A stretch of 64,000 bases of DNA from contig JBBTRF010000001.1 in NCBI GenBank assembly GCA_038065315.1, positions 230,413 through 294,412 on the forward strand, read 5' to 3'. The notes under the pieces were generated by a model. The model was not told the origin of the DNA, made no database searches, and worked only from the letters and a program-made list of their open reading frames with translations. Below, in pieces: positions 17,627 to 26,817 of this stretch. Origin of the DNA: Patescibacteria group bacterium. Lineage in GTDB: Bacteria > Patescibacteriota > Minisyncoccia > Phycocordibacterales > JBBTRF01. Positions within the stretch are counted from its first letter, which is position 1. Each line of letters opens with the position of its first letter. Position numbers and translations under genes: made by a program.

Positions 17627-17905
17627 TTATGAGAGATGCTTCGAAACCAAGCTAGTCATTTCAAACATGTTGACCACGCCCTTGCCGCCAAACACCACCT
17701 TGAGAGAAACATCAGCATTGATATTTCGCTTGTTCTTTGGATCCTGGAGATTGTTCTTCTTGATATATGCCCAGAGAGCCTTCACGACCTCAGATCGAGG
17801 CATCGGTCCCTTTCCTACGACAGTAGCCAGCTCTGAGCTGATGGTCATTGGCTTCATGAATGCTGAATTGGCTTTCTTCGCTGCTGGTTTTGCTGCTTTT
17901 GGCAT
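17627..17905 (-). CDS. SWIB/MDM2 domain protein
   Basis: FMKPMTISSELATVVGKGPMPRSEVVKALWAYIKKNNLQDPKNKRNINADVSLKVVFG matches the SWIB domain consensus. The N-terminus is Lys/Ala-rich and basic. Confidence 0.8.
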   Translation of the reverse strand: MPKAAKPAAKKANSAFMKPMTISSELATVVGKGPMPRSEVVKALWAYIKKNNLQDPKNKRNINADVSLKVVFGGKGVVNMFEMTSLVSKHLS

Positions 17906-17950
17906 ATTGATTATATTAATTGCTTAATGGACACCATTATATCATATCCT

Positions 17951-20836
17951 CTAGTGGGCCGCCACCCTAGCCAATCGGTTGGCTACTTCCCTCGAACGAG
18001 CTGCAAAGATGCCGCTCCCTTTCGACAATCCGAACGGCTTCAACACCTCATCAGTATGCGCCTCCTGGAAACGGATCAGTGCACGCTGAGTCCTGGCGCC
18101 GAAATATTCCGACTCATTCCCCGACGAACCTGGGCCCTCGGTCGCCAAAAGAAAGCCTTGGCGATTCAACAAACGCTGCAGTTCGAGCACGTCAGGACCA
18201 GTCGCCCCCAGGCGAAGGGTACGACTGAAGCCGGAAAATACTGCTTGTGAGGTCAGCAAAGGTGTCTCCCGAACGGATTTTGAAACAGCGGCCGTGGCAA
18301 GAGGTGTCTGATCATGATATACCACCCTGCCGTCCGGATACACCGTCTGTGCCCGCGGTGCGACATATCCCAACAGCGCGGAAACCGAGCCGGTGAAGAT
18401 CGGACCATTCGCCGCACCGGAAGAGCTGGAAGCTGCCGCAGAAGCCGTCGAGCCAAAGATCGCAAAGTCGGAAAAAGCGGTCGTGCTGCAGGTCACCACT
18501 CGAGAAGTGGTATTGGTGGAACATCCAGACAGCGCATGCCAATCGGAGCCGTCATATCGATAAATGACCAGAGTGGAATCATCAAGACTCGATACATCGG
18601 AAGCAGAATACGAAAGCGAAACCGTGAGCGCCTCAGAGAAAGTCGAGAGCGTAGTGGTCGCATCGATCAAGGCTTTCAAATTAAAAACCTTGTCACCAAC
18701 ACGATTCTTGCCAGAGGGCACGGAGACGTTCAAAAAGAACGCCGTACTATCGAGCTCATGAGCCTGGAAGACGGCCGAGGTCGTCGTGCCACTAAAGGAA
18801 GTCGGCACAGTAAGAGACAGGACTCCTTCTGTCACGGTGCCGCCGGCGGCAGTGGTGATAGCCTGTGATTCACTGGCGGTGATAGAGGCACTAGAGGTAC
18901 AGCCAGTGGTGTAGAAGGTGTCATCTGTAGAAGTCCCGATATTCCCGACGGCATCAGTGCTGGATGCTTGAAAATGATACTGCGTGCAGGCTGTCAGGCT
19001 AGCAAGACTGACAGAATGGCTCGTCACTCGCGGCGACGTGTCCGTCTCGACCGTCGAAGTGCCGTAGCTCGAAGACGGACCAAAGTTCACCATCGAAGAA
19101 GCCGCCTCGTCGGTGGTCCAAGTGATGGTGGCGGTAGTTGTGGCGGTCGAAGTAGCGACTGAGGTCAATACTGGGGCAGCATTGTCGACCGTGAAAGAAA
19201 CGGTGCTCGAGGTGGCGTAATTGCTCGATGTATCACGCGCGACCGCAAAAGCGCTGTGCGCGCCGCTTGTAGTGGCGGTGGAATTCCAAGTAATCCCGTA
19301 GGTCGAAGTGGCATCCTCGCTCCCTTGCAGGGTACCGTCCACGTAGAAGGAGACGCCAGCGAGGGCAATGTTGTCGCTCGCCGTCGCAGTAAGAGATACT
19401 GCACTGCCGCCCACGGTAGCAGCAGCCGAAGGTGCCGTCAGAGACACGCTAGGAGCCGTAACATCAGCAATACCGCCAGCACCGTATTCATACGCACCAA
19501 TATCCGTACTGCCGCTCCTCGTGCCGCCACGCTGGTCGGTGCCGGGAATAGACACTGTGCCATTGGCCGAAGTGTTGCCGGCATCGATCGCCACCGAATC
19601 GCTCGACAAGGCCAAGGTCTGCACACCATTGGATGTGCTATTGTCGGCCAAAGAAGCGCTGAGGCTGAGAGTCGATTGATCGCCAGTGAGGTTACCAGTA
19701 CCGCTCCAGGTCTTGTTGGTACTGTACTCGACCACGTTGTAGCCGTTGTCGGTGATGCGTCCCGCCGAGCCGGACACGACATAGAAGTCGTTCGCTGTAC
19801 TGTTCCCGGTGTTGTTGGCAAGGATGGTGTTTTTCAAAATGAAATTGTAGCCGTCGGTAACCGACTCGAACATCACGCCGCCGGCGCCGGCTGTGGCCGT
19901 ATTGTTGGCGATAGTGCTGTTTGTGACCGTAAATGAGTTTGGATAATACACCTGCAAAGCGCCGGCGTAGGAATTGGTGCTGTTGCCGGAAAAGGTGGAG
20001 TTGGTGATCTTTGTTGTCACAAACCGAAAGACGCCAAGCGCTCCAGACGGCTCGGCATAGCTGTAAGCAAAAGTCGTTGGATTACTACTACTCGCAACAT
20101 TGGCTGAAAAAGTGGATGCGGTGATATTGATCGTGTTGCTCTGGCCTGAATAAATACCGCCGGAACCGTAATATTTTCCGTTGAAGGTGTTGTTTGCGAT
20201 CGTCGAAGTCGAAAGATTGAGAGTGCCGCTGGCGTCGTGTTTCAAAGTGATCGCGCCGGCACCGTAATAATTGGTGGTGGAGTTGTACCAATTGTACGAA
20301 ATGGTCGAATTTTGCACCGTAAGCGTACCGCTCGTAGTGATGCCACCAGCCGTCTCCGTGGCCGTACTCACGCCGTAGCGGATGGTGACGTCTTTAATAA
20401 CCACAGTCTTGCCAGAGCTCACTGTAAACACGCCTCGGTCAGCCGTATTCTCCGAACTCGCTGCCTGGATAAAAGTGACGCCCGCTCCCTGCCCTTGAAT
20501 TGTGAGGCTTTTCCCTAGCGTGTAGCCGGTGCCGGAAGCATCACCCGTCTCACCGGCACTGGTCCAATCGAAAGTACCCGAGAGATTGAGAGTGTCCCCA
20601 GAAGCTGCCGCCACGGTGTACCCTTTGTGGAAAGTCGCGTAGGGCGTACCGGAAGAGCCGTCACCCGTCGTATCGTTGCCGGTCGAGCTGTTGACGTAGT
20701 AGGTTGCCGCAGAGGCCGCCGCCGGGAAAAGAAACATGCAGAGTAAAAAAATACTGGCGAACAGAACGCTACGAGCGCGACTTTGCATACTCCAGGCCAT
20801 GTCGAGATATTGTATCATCTGATGAAACGGCGACAA
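17951..20836 (-). CDS. Large secreted/surface protein: signal peptide, right-handed beta-helix (PbH1-like) repeats, Ig/Fn3-like domains, C-terminal peptidoglycan-binding domain
   Basis: Signal peptide ...LLCMFLFPAAASA; repeated NxT/NNT beta-helix motifs (ISYNW, IANNTFNG, TNSTIANNTA, KNTILANNTG); C-terminus LRLGATGPDVLELQRLLNRQGF...RTQRALIRFQEAH resembles PG_binding_1. Confidence 0.7.
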   Translation of the reverse strand: MSPFHQMIQYLDMAWSMQSRARSVLFASIFLLCMFLFPAAASAATYYVNSSTGNDTTGDGSSGTPYATFHKGYTVAAASGDTLNLSGTFDWTSAGETGDASGTGYTLGKSLTIQGQGAGVTFIQAASSENTADRGVFTVSSGKTVVIKDVTIRYGVSTATETAGGITTSGTLTVQNSTISYNWYNSTTNYYGAGAITLKHDASGTLNLSTSTIANNTFNGKYYGSGGIYSGQSNTINITASTFSANVASSSNPTTFAYSYAEPSGALGVFRFVTTKITNSTFSGNSTNSYAGALQVYYPNSFTVTNSTIANNTATAGAGGVMFESVTDGYNFILKNTILANNTGNSTANDFYVVSGSAGRITDNGYNVVEYSTNKTWSGTGNLTGDQSTLSLSASLADNSTSNGVQTLALSSDSVAIDAGNTSANGTVSIPGTDQRGGTRSGSTDIGAYEYGAGGIADVTAPSVSLTAPSAAATVGGSAVSLTATASDNIALAGVSFYVDGTLQGSEDATSTYGITWNSTATTSGAHSAFAVARDTSSNYATSSTVSFTVDNAAPVLTSVATSTATTTATITWTTDEAASSMVNFGPSSSYGTSTVETDTSPRVTSHSVSLASLTACTQYHFQASSTDAVGNIGTSTDDTFYTTGCTSSASITASESQAITTAAGGTVTEGVLSLTVPTSFSGTTTSAVFQAHELDSTAFFLNVSVPSGKNRVGDKVFNLKALIDATTTLSTFSEALTVSLSYSASDVSSLDDSTLVIYRYDGSDWHALSGCSTNTTSRVVTCSTTAFSDFAIFGSTASAAASSSSGAANGPIFTGSVSALLGYVAPRAQTVYPDGRVVYHDQTPLATAAVSKSVRETPLLTSQAVFSGFSRTLRLGATGPDVLELQRLLNRQGFLLATEGPGSSGNESEYFGARTQRALIRFQEAHTDEVLKPFGLSKGSGIFAARSREVANRLARVAAH

Positions 20837-20917
20837 TGCACAAAAAGCTCGTGCGGGAAAAGAAAAAAGCGCCGTCCCTCGGGGCGGCGCTTCGCGAACA
20901 CTGGACCAACAGACCGC

Positions 20918-22855
20918 TTAGGCGGGGGCGGAGGCGGAGGCGGTCGGAGCCGCTTTCCTCGCCGCAGTGCCCAATCGGTAGAGGAGCCGCTTTTCTTCGT
21001 CGAGACTCTTGATGAGCTCGGTGAGGATAGCAATCTGCGCCTTGCACTGACCGTTCAGTGACTCCACAGCGATGCGGACTTCTTCCTGAGGCATCTGTCG
21101 CAGGTTGGTCGCTGCTAGACGCAACGCCATCATCCTCCGCTCAAGAGCAGCGGAGTAATCGCTCGGCTTGACCTTCCGTGTCCGCTTGTGGACGACGAAT
21201 TCTTTGCCGAGCATCTTGATCGTCGCTCTGATGAGGCCTCTGGTGGGCTGCTGTTTCGCCTTTTCCCAGATTTCCAACTGCCTTGCCGGGTCGATCCGAG
21301 AGAGCTCGACAGCTTCCGCTAGACGGATGCGGTCGGACTTCGGAGTCGGCGGGTCAAGGAGCGGTTTCAGCTCTGGGACGAGACGCTGCAACGAGTGCAG
21401 ATTGCAGACCGTCACCACGCTTTGGCCGATAGCCGCAGCGATGTTGGTGAGGGACACGCCAACTTCGACCTGGGACGCGATCGCGTTCGAGATCTCCACG
21501 TGCGTGTGGCCTTCGCGGCAGAAGTTCTGGATCAAGGAACCCATATGCTGGTCTGCCTTCGACTTTGGACGAGAAACCGTGATGGCAATATGCGTCGCGC
21601 CAATCATCTCAAGGGCGCGCCAGCGACGTTCGCCGTCGATGAGTTCGAAATCGAACCCATCTTCAGGCGGCGTGAGGCGCTTGACCATGCACGGTGTCCG
21701 CTGACCATGCTTCCGGATGCTCAATCCAAGCTTCTTCAGCTTATCGGGATCAAACCAGACCCGCGGCTGGCCCGGAAAACGAGGGTCGTTCGACGGGGCA
21801 AACGGCCGAACCTTCCCCACCGGCACCACCAATGCTTCAGTGACGTCTGGCGGTGGCGGCACAGAGGTATCAGCCTCTTCGACGGCAGCCCGCTTGATCC
21901 GCCTCTTTCGATACTTGCGTGGCGCCTTCTCCATCATCGCGTTTGGCGGTGCCTTTTCGACAACCGGTTTGGTTTCTGGAGGAGGTGTAGCGACAGGTGC
22001 CGGCATGGGAGCTGGCACTGCGGGTTTGCGCGGCGGCGGAACGGCGGCCGCTGTGGCAATCGGTGGAGCGAGACGCGGGGCGGGCCTGATCGGCACTACC
22101 ACTTCGTCAGGTTCACCCGAAGAACTGCGACCATCCGAGCCTACGCTTCTGTCTGTAACATCAACTTCTTCTGCCCCAGTGACAGTCAGCTCCGGCCTCC
22201 AAACACCACGTTCGGTCGGCTTCTTGACGGCATCGGGCGTGTAGGCACCGAGCCCAACTACCGCCGGATCCGGGACGGCCATCGCATGCGGCATCTGATT
22301 TGCCTGCAAGACGAATCGAGGAGAGAAAACGGGCGGCTCGCAGCCAATGCCTTTGAGCAACCCGAGCTTCGTCACTTCAACTCGCGGATGTCTGTCGCAG
22401 ACATAAAGCCACATGACATGTCCGGAAGACACCAGGAAATAGGTGAGCGATCTGTCGGCACGGAGTGTGTCCGTATCGACGATCTCTCCCTTCTGAACCT
22501 CACGTTCAGGACCGTTGCAAGAAATGACTTGAAATGGCCTCCGACGAAGTGACTCACCTGAGGAAACGACTTCGTGACGGAAGACAAACATGCCGTCTGT
22601 CGGGAAGCCGCTGGCTCCCACGAATCCTGCACTCTGAGACAGGACCTTCCCTCGCTCACCCGCATCATTGCTGATAGCGAGGACGCGGAGTTCAACCGTT
22701 TGCACCGCAGATGCAGAGGTGGCTTTCCCACCCTGCTGTTGGTTTTTCGACTTCATAACTACCTCACTTTCGTGTTGTTCTCGGTGAGAGAAGAGCTTGT
22801 TGGTTGTATTGTCAAGCCTGGCGAAATGATACACGAGCGAGCGACAACATACCAC
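20918..22855 (-). CDS. ParB/Sulfiredoxin-like nuclease-domain protein with a long Pro/Ala-rich N-terminal region (start uncertain)
   Basis: ParB N-domain motif FELIDGERRWRALEMIG with an HTH-like segment downstream; the N-terminal half is a Pro/Ala/Val-rich low-complexity linker; very GC-rich. Confidence 0.5.
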   Translation of the reverse strand: MVCCRSLVYHFARLDNTTNKLFSHREQHESEVVMKSKNQQQGGKATSASAVQTVELRVLAISNDAGERGKVLSQSAGFVGASGFPTDGMFVFRHEVVSSGESLRRRPFQVISCNGPEREVQKGEIVDTDTLRADRSLTYFLVSSGHVMWLYVCDRHPRVEVTKLGLLKGIGCEPPVFSPRFVLQANQMPHAMAVPDPAVVGLGAYTPDAVKKPTERGVWRPELTVTGAEEVDVTDRSVGSDGRSSSGEPDEVVVPIRPAPRLAPPIATAAAVPPPRKPAVPAPMPAPVATPPPETKPVVEKAPPNAMMEKAPRKYRKRRIKRAAVEEADTSVPPPPDVTEALVVPVGKVRPFAPSNDPRFPGQPRVWFDPDKLKKLGLSIRKHGQRTPCMVKRLTPPEDGFDFELIDGERRWRALEMIGATHIAITVSRPKSKADQHMGSLIQNFCREGHTHVEISNAIASQVEVGVSLTNIAAAIGQSVVTVCNLHSLQRLVPELKPLLDPPTPKSDRIRLAEAVELSRIDPARQLEIWEKAKQQPTRGLIRATIKMLGKEFVVHKRTRKVKPSDYSAALERRMMALRLAATNLRQMPQEEVRIAVESLNGQCKAQIAILTELIKSLDEEKRLLYRLGTAARKAAPTASASAPA

Positions 22856-22894
22856 TTGACCGACGAAGCGGTATGTTTCAGAAAAATTTCAAGA

Positions 22895-23320
22895 CTACTC
22901 CCAGATTCCAAATGGCAGCCCAGCATAATGCACCACGACGTAGAGAAAGATGCTGTAGCCAACAATCGCCACGATGAGTGCGATGAGCGTCGTGTTCACG
23001 ATCTCCTGTCGGCGCTTTTTTACTTCATCGAGTGTGCAGATCCCCTTCTGTTGACGAAAATACAGCACGAGGCTCCATGCGAGGAGGATTAAGCCAACAA
23101 TACGAAAGGCCCAGCGGTAGTCGCCATAAAAGGTATCTGCGAGGGAGGAGGCAAAAGCCGCCGTCGACAAGCCGAAGGCAACAAGGATGAGCGGACTCAA
23201 GCAGCACAAAGACGCTGCCAGCACCGGCAGACCCGTGAGCTTCAAGAGATCTTTCGCTTTCACTCGCCTATTATAACAGATGATAGAATAGACCCATGAA
23301 CAAACAGCGCATCTGGACAA
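22895..23320 (-). CDS. MerT-like small membrane protein (Cys pair in TM1)
   Basis: [19 protein letters not shown] resembles the MerT TM1 CC motif (ASACCLGPLVLIALGFSG); three TM helices and one Cys in the cytoplasmic loop. Divergent from, and overlapping the 5' end of, msrAB. Confidence 0.4.
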   Translation of the reverse strand: MSRCAVCSWVYSIICYNRRVKAKDLLKLTGLPVLAASLCCLSPLILVAFGLSTAAFASSLADTFYGDYRWAFRIVGLILLAWSLVLYFRQQKGICTLDEVKKRRQEIVNTTLIALIVAIVGYSIFLYVVVHYAGLPFGIWE

Positions 23321-24489
23321 TTGTTGGTGCAGTCGCGACTATCGCTACCATCGGCGCAGCAGCCCAGTGGGGCTACGGGTGGTACCAAGGTCGTTTTGCA
23401 CCGAGTGTGCTCGATACATCGGCTAAATCGACTGGGCCAACCTTCAGCACTTCACCATTACCAGCGACGACGACCACTGCTCTCGTCTATTTCGCCGGCG
23501 GTTGTTTTTGGTGTGTCGAGAGTGATTTCGAAAAGCTGCCCGGGGTCGTGGAGGTGGTATCGGGCTACACGGGCGGCACCACAGGCATAGACGGTCCGAC
23601 CTACTCCGAGGTCTCGAGGGGTGCGACCGGCCATCGCGAAAGCGTGAAGGTGGAATATGATCCACAAAGACTGACCTATGCTCAGCTGGTATTTTGGCTC
23701 TTGCGTCACAGCGACCCGACCGATGCGACGGGTTCCTTCTACGATCGCGGCCACCAGTACACTTCGGCCGTGTACTACCAAACCGATGTTGAAAAACAGG
23801 CCGCCGAAGAGGTAATCGCAAAGGTGGCTCAACTAAAAATATTTTCGAAACCAGTTGTGACAGCCATCGAACCCGTCAGCGAATTCTGGATCGCCGAAGA
23901 CTATCATCAAGATTTCTACAAGAAAAACACCACTCGCTACGAACACTATCGCCAAGCCTCCGGCCGCGACGCCTTCTATGCATCAATTTGGGGCAGCGGG
24001 AAATACGATCATTTGTTTGACGCCGTGGCGACGTCGCCAGCAAATGGTTGGACCTCATTCACAAAACCCGACGACACAGATCTCCGCGCCAGACTGACCC
24101 CACTCCAATACGAAGTGACCCAGCAGGCTGGCACTGAAAAGCCATTTCAAAACGAATACGATAGCAACAAGCGCGACGGCATCTACGTCGACATTGTCTC
24201 CGGTGAGCCTCTCTACTCTTCGCTCGACAAATACGAATCTGGCACTGGCTGGCCGTCATTCTCCAAGCCGATTTCTCCCGAGGCTGTGACCTTGCACGAA
24301 GTCAACGGCTGGTTCACCAGGCGCACCGAGGTCCGCTCCCGCTATGCCGACTCGCATCTCGGCCACGTCTTCGAGGACGGACCCGCCCCAACCGGCCTCC
24401 GCTACTGCATGAACTCCGCCGCGCTGCGTTTTGTACCCAAGGAAGATTTGGCAAAAGAGGGCTTGGGGGAATACCTGAAGCTGTTCTAA
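23296..24489 (+). CDS. msrAB: Peptide methionine sulfoxide reductase MsrA-MsrB fusion with an N-terminal signal anchor
   Basis: MsrA GCFWC active site; MsrB GWPSF, HLGHVF, RYCMNS; N-terminal TM helix [20 protein letters not shown]. Confidence 0.9.
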   Translation: MNKQRIWTIVGAVATIATIGAAAQWGYGWYQGRFAPSVLDTSAKSTGPTFSTSPLPATTTTALVYFAGGCFWCVESDFEKLPGVVEVVSGYTGGTTGIDGPTYSEVSRGATGHRESVKVEYDPQRLTYAQLVFWLLRHSDPTDATGSFYDRGHQYTSAVYYQTDVEKQAAEEVIAKVAQLKIFSKPVVTAIEPVSEFWIAEDYHQDFYKKNTTRYEHYRQASGRDAFYASIWGSGKYDHLFDAVATSPANGWTSFTKPDDTDLRARLTPLQYEVTQQAGTEKPFQNEYDSNKRDGIYVDIVSGEPLYSSLDKYESGTGWPSFSKPISPEAVTLHEVNGWFTRRTEVRSRYADSHLGHVFEDGPAPTGLRYCMNSAALRFVPKEDLAKEGLGEYLKLF

Positions 24490-24518
24490 AAATTGACATT
24501 ACCACCGTAAAAATGGTA

Positions 24519-24700
24519 AAAACTGTCCAGGAAGAAATTCCTGGACTACCCTCTTGAAAAAAGAGGTGGTTGGACCCATTTTGTCCAACCGTGTTTCAGG
24601 ATCGTCTCAGCGGTCTTTGAAACAGTGGTTGTCGGAAACAACACAACCGGGCATAAGGAGCGCCCAGTGAGAGAAATTTTCTCTCCGAAGCAACGACAGT
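24519..24700 (+). promoter_or_regulatory. Highly structured leader: seven consecutive short perfect hairpins upstream of the TIM-barrel isomerase gene
   Basis: CCAGGAAgaaaTTCCTGG; CCTCTTgaaaaaAGAGG; GGTTGGACccattttGTCCAACC; GTTTCA..TGAAAC; GGTTGTcggaaACAAC; GGGCataaggagGCCC; GAGAGAAattTTCTCTC. A TTGACA-like -35 sits at 24494. Confidence 0.35.
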
Positions 24701-24701
24701 A

Positions 24702-25730
24702 ATGCAAGACACCCTCAAGATCCACAACGCCGTATGGCCGGGCCTCGTCGGAAAAGGCAGCCCCGGTGCCGAGCCGTTCATTGACCTCGACACCATGCTC
24801 GACCTCACCGCCAACGCGGAAGTGAACGGCGTGAAATTCGATGGCGTTGACCTGTTCGCCTACAATCCGCACATCGACATCGACATCAGTGACGATGGCA
24901 TTAAGGCTCTCGCTGACAAGATCAGGGCGAAGAACCTCATGATCGGCTCCATCGTCGCACCTGTTTGGTTTGACGGCAACGCCATGGGCGGCTCCGATAA
25001 GCGCGCCGGCTGGGTCACCGCAGTCAGGAAAACCTGCCGCATCGCTCACAAGCTCCGCGAAATCGGCGCACGTCCCTGCGGCATCGTCCGCATCGACTCG
25101 GCCTGCAATCCGGAAGACTGGAGCAAGGATCCTGCCGGCAACACAAAGCTCATTGCCAAAACGTTCCAGGAAGGCGGGGCTGTTGCCGCCGAATACGGCG
25201 AACGTCTCGCTGCCGAGGGTGAGATTTGCTGGGGCGGCATGCATTCGTGGAGACACATGGTGGACCTGCTCGAGGAAACCGACCGGCCAGGACTCGTCGG
25301 TTTCCAAGCCGACATGGCCCACACCCTCCTCTATGCCCTGGGCCACAATGCCCCGGAACACCGGCTCCTCCCGCTTGGCTATAACTGGACTGATCCTGGG
25401 CAGCTCGACGAGGCGCTTCGTGTCATGACCCGGTCACTCCGTCCATGGACGATCGACTTCCACGTCGCTCAGAACGATGGCACTGTGAAAGGTGGCGGCA
25501 ATCACGATAATACGGGCAAGCACTGCCCTGTGGATGATCAGAACGGCAAACTGGACATCGTCCGCCACGCCGGCTACTGGATGCGCAACGGCGAAGGCTA
25601 CCCAGTCCAGTCCTTTGGCCACATCTGCTGGGACGGCTGTCTGTTCCCCAACGAGGTTCTCCTGAAGCAGGAAACCTACAACAAGATCCTTACCAAGATG
25701 ATTGCTGTGCGCGAAACCCACGGCTGGTAG
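24702..25730 (+). CDS. Sugar phosphate isomerase/epimerase (xylose isomerase-like TIM barrel) family protein
   Basis: 342 aa with a metal-binding E/D/H pattern typical of AP endonuclease 2 / xylose-isomerase-like TIM barrels (..GFQADMAHTL.., ..IDFHVAQNDG..). Confidence 0.55.
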   Translation: MQDTLKIHNAVWPGLVGKGSPGAEPFIDLDTMLDLTANAEVNGVKFDGVDLFAYNPHIDIDISDDGIKALADKIRAKNLMIGSIVAPVWFDGNAMGGSDKRAGWVTAVRKTCRIAHKLREIGARPCGIVRIDSACNPEDWSKDPAGNTKLIAKTFQEGGAVAAEYGERLAAEGEICWGGMHSWRHMVDLLEETDRPGLVGFQADMAHTLLYALGHNAPEHRLLPLGYNWTDPGQLDEALRVMTRSLRPWTIDFHVAQNDGTVKGGGNHDNTGKHCPVDDQNGKLDIVRHAGYWMRNGEGYPVQSFGHICWDGCLFPNEVLLKQETYNKILTKMIAVRETHGW

Positions 25731-25835
25731 CAGCTGATGACTACGCGAACTACGCAAAGCCATCGAAAATCACGAATCGCCGGATGAGTCAGTCTGGCGG
25801 TTTTTTTATTGCAAAAAGCATACCGCAAACAAAAA

Positions 25836-25870
25836 ATCGCCTTCCTTTCGGTTGGCGATTTTTTGTTGTC
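25836..25870. terminator. Bidirectional intrinsic terminator between the TIM-barrel gene (+) and csp (-)
   Basis: AAAAAATCGCCttcctttcggttGGCGATTTTTTG. Confidence 0.55.
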
Positions 25871-25886
25871 TTTCAGAGACTCAAGC

Positions 25887-26087
25887 TTACGCTCGAGATA
25901 CCTGTGTTGCAGAAGGACCCTTGTCTCCCTGTACCACCTCGAAAGTGAGAACATCTCCCACCTTCAACTGATCAAACATGACTCCTACCAACTCCTTTGA
26001 GTGGAAGAAGAGGTCCTTTGTCTCGCCTTCGCGAGCAATGAAACCAAATCCTCGGTCGGTGAGGGTCTTGATTGTTCCTTTCATCAT
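25887..26087 (-). CDS. Cold-shock protein (CspA family)
   Basis: GTIKTLTDRGFGFIAREGETKDLFFH (RNP1/RNP2 motifs of the cold-shock domain). Confidence 0.85.
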   Translation of the reverse strand: MMKGTIKTLTDRGFGFIAREGETKDLFFHSKELVGVMFDQLKVGDVLTFEVVQGDKGPSATQVSRA

Positions 26088-26180
26088 TTTGTGTTGTTTT
26101 TTGTTTTTCTATTAGCTGCAAAACTCGACTCGGTTTCCCAGATAGTATACACCAGATCGGGGAAAATAGCGAGCGGCAAA

Positions 26181-26212
26181 AAAAGCCGCCTTGTCTGGCG
26201 GCCTTTTTGCTA
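26181..26212. terminator. Strong bidirectional intrinsic terminator
   Basis: AAAAAGCCGCCTTGTCTGGCGGCCTTTTTGC: 7-bp GC stem flanked by an A-tract and a T-tract. Confidence 0.65.
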
Positions 26213-26317
26213 CTTGTTTCGTGCTGCTCGCTTTGCACTCTTCACCGCTCGACGCTTCGCAGTCTTGCGTGAGCGTGAGGTCTTGTTCTTGATATCCTGT
26301 GCTGCTCGTTTTGCCAT
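26210..26317 (-). CDS. Putative small highly basic protein (35 aa), ribosomal-protein-like composition
   Basis: MAKRAAQDIKNKTSRSRKTAKRRAVKSAKRAARNK; not in the ORF track (under 60 aa); immediately followed by the strong terminator. Confidence 0.3.
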   Translation of the reverse strand: MAKRAAQDIKNKTSRSRKTAKRRAVKSAKRAARNK

Positions 26318-26419
26318 GTGAATGTGTGTTGAAAATGAAATAAAGGCTTGTTTGCATATTATACAGAAAAAAATCTGAAAAAGATATGGCTTCTGTGAAA
26401 TCTGACTTAAAAATCACCT

Positions 26420-26800
26420 CTACTTTGATAAATCCACCCACTCGCCAGTCTCAGAATCACGTCTTGCAATATTCCCAGCAAACGACTCTTCACCTTCCGC
26501 ATCTAGGTCGACAAAATTCACGGCCGTCTCAGCTGAACTCATCCCCGGAAACGTGCCGGCTCGCTGATACGTATACACGCGAGTCTCGCCGTCTTTTCCA
26601 GGCACAAACACTTCTCGCAAATAGATACCTTGCTGGTCAGACAATTCTCTCAAAAAATCTGCGCCCTCCGCAAAACGCGCGAGGACTTCTGTCACCTGCT
26701 CTGGTGTGAGAATGTTTTCAGCCACTTGTTCAGGCGCAGTTGCGGTTTCCTCCGGCGGTACCAACGATTCAGGACTCTCGAAGTTTGGTTGCATGCACAA
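26420..26800 (-). CDS. hypothetical acidic protein
   Basis: 126-aa ORF, Glu/Asp-rich, no motif recognised. Confidence 0.4.
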   Translation of the reverse strand: MCMQPNFESPESLVPPEETATAPEQVAENILTPEQVTEVLARFAEGADFLRELSDQQGIYLREVFVPGKDGETRVYTYQRAGTFPGMSSAETAVNFVDLDAEGEESFAGNIARRDSETGEWVDLSK

Positions 26801-26817
26801 ATATTAGCACATCTCAA

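Noticed and set aside
21168-22552. Plus-strand ORFs (21395..22552 and others) opposite the ParB-like gene and the beta-helix gene (18314..18868, 19256..19936)
   Set aside because: Arg/Gly-rich antisense artefacts in a very GC-rich region.
24546-25361. 271-aa ORF antisense to the TIM-barrel isomerase gene
   Set aside because: No motifs, typical high-GC antisense artefact; the plus-strand gene has a coherent fold-family signature.
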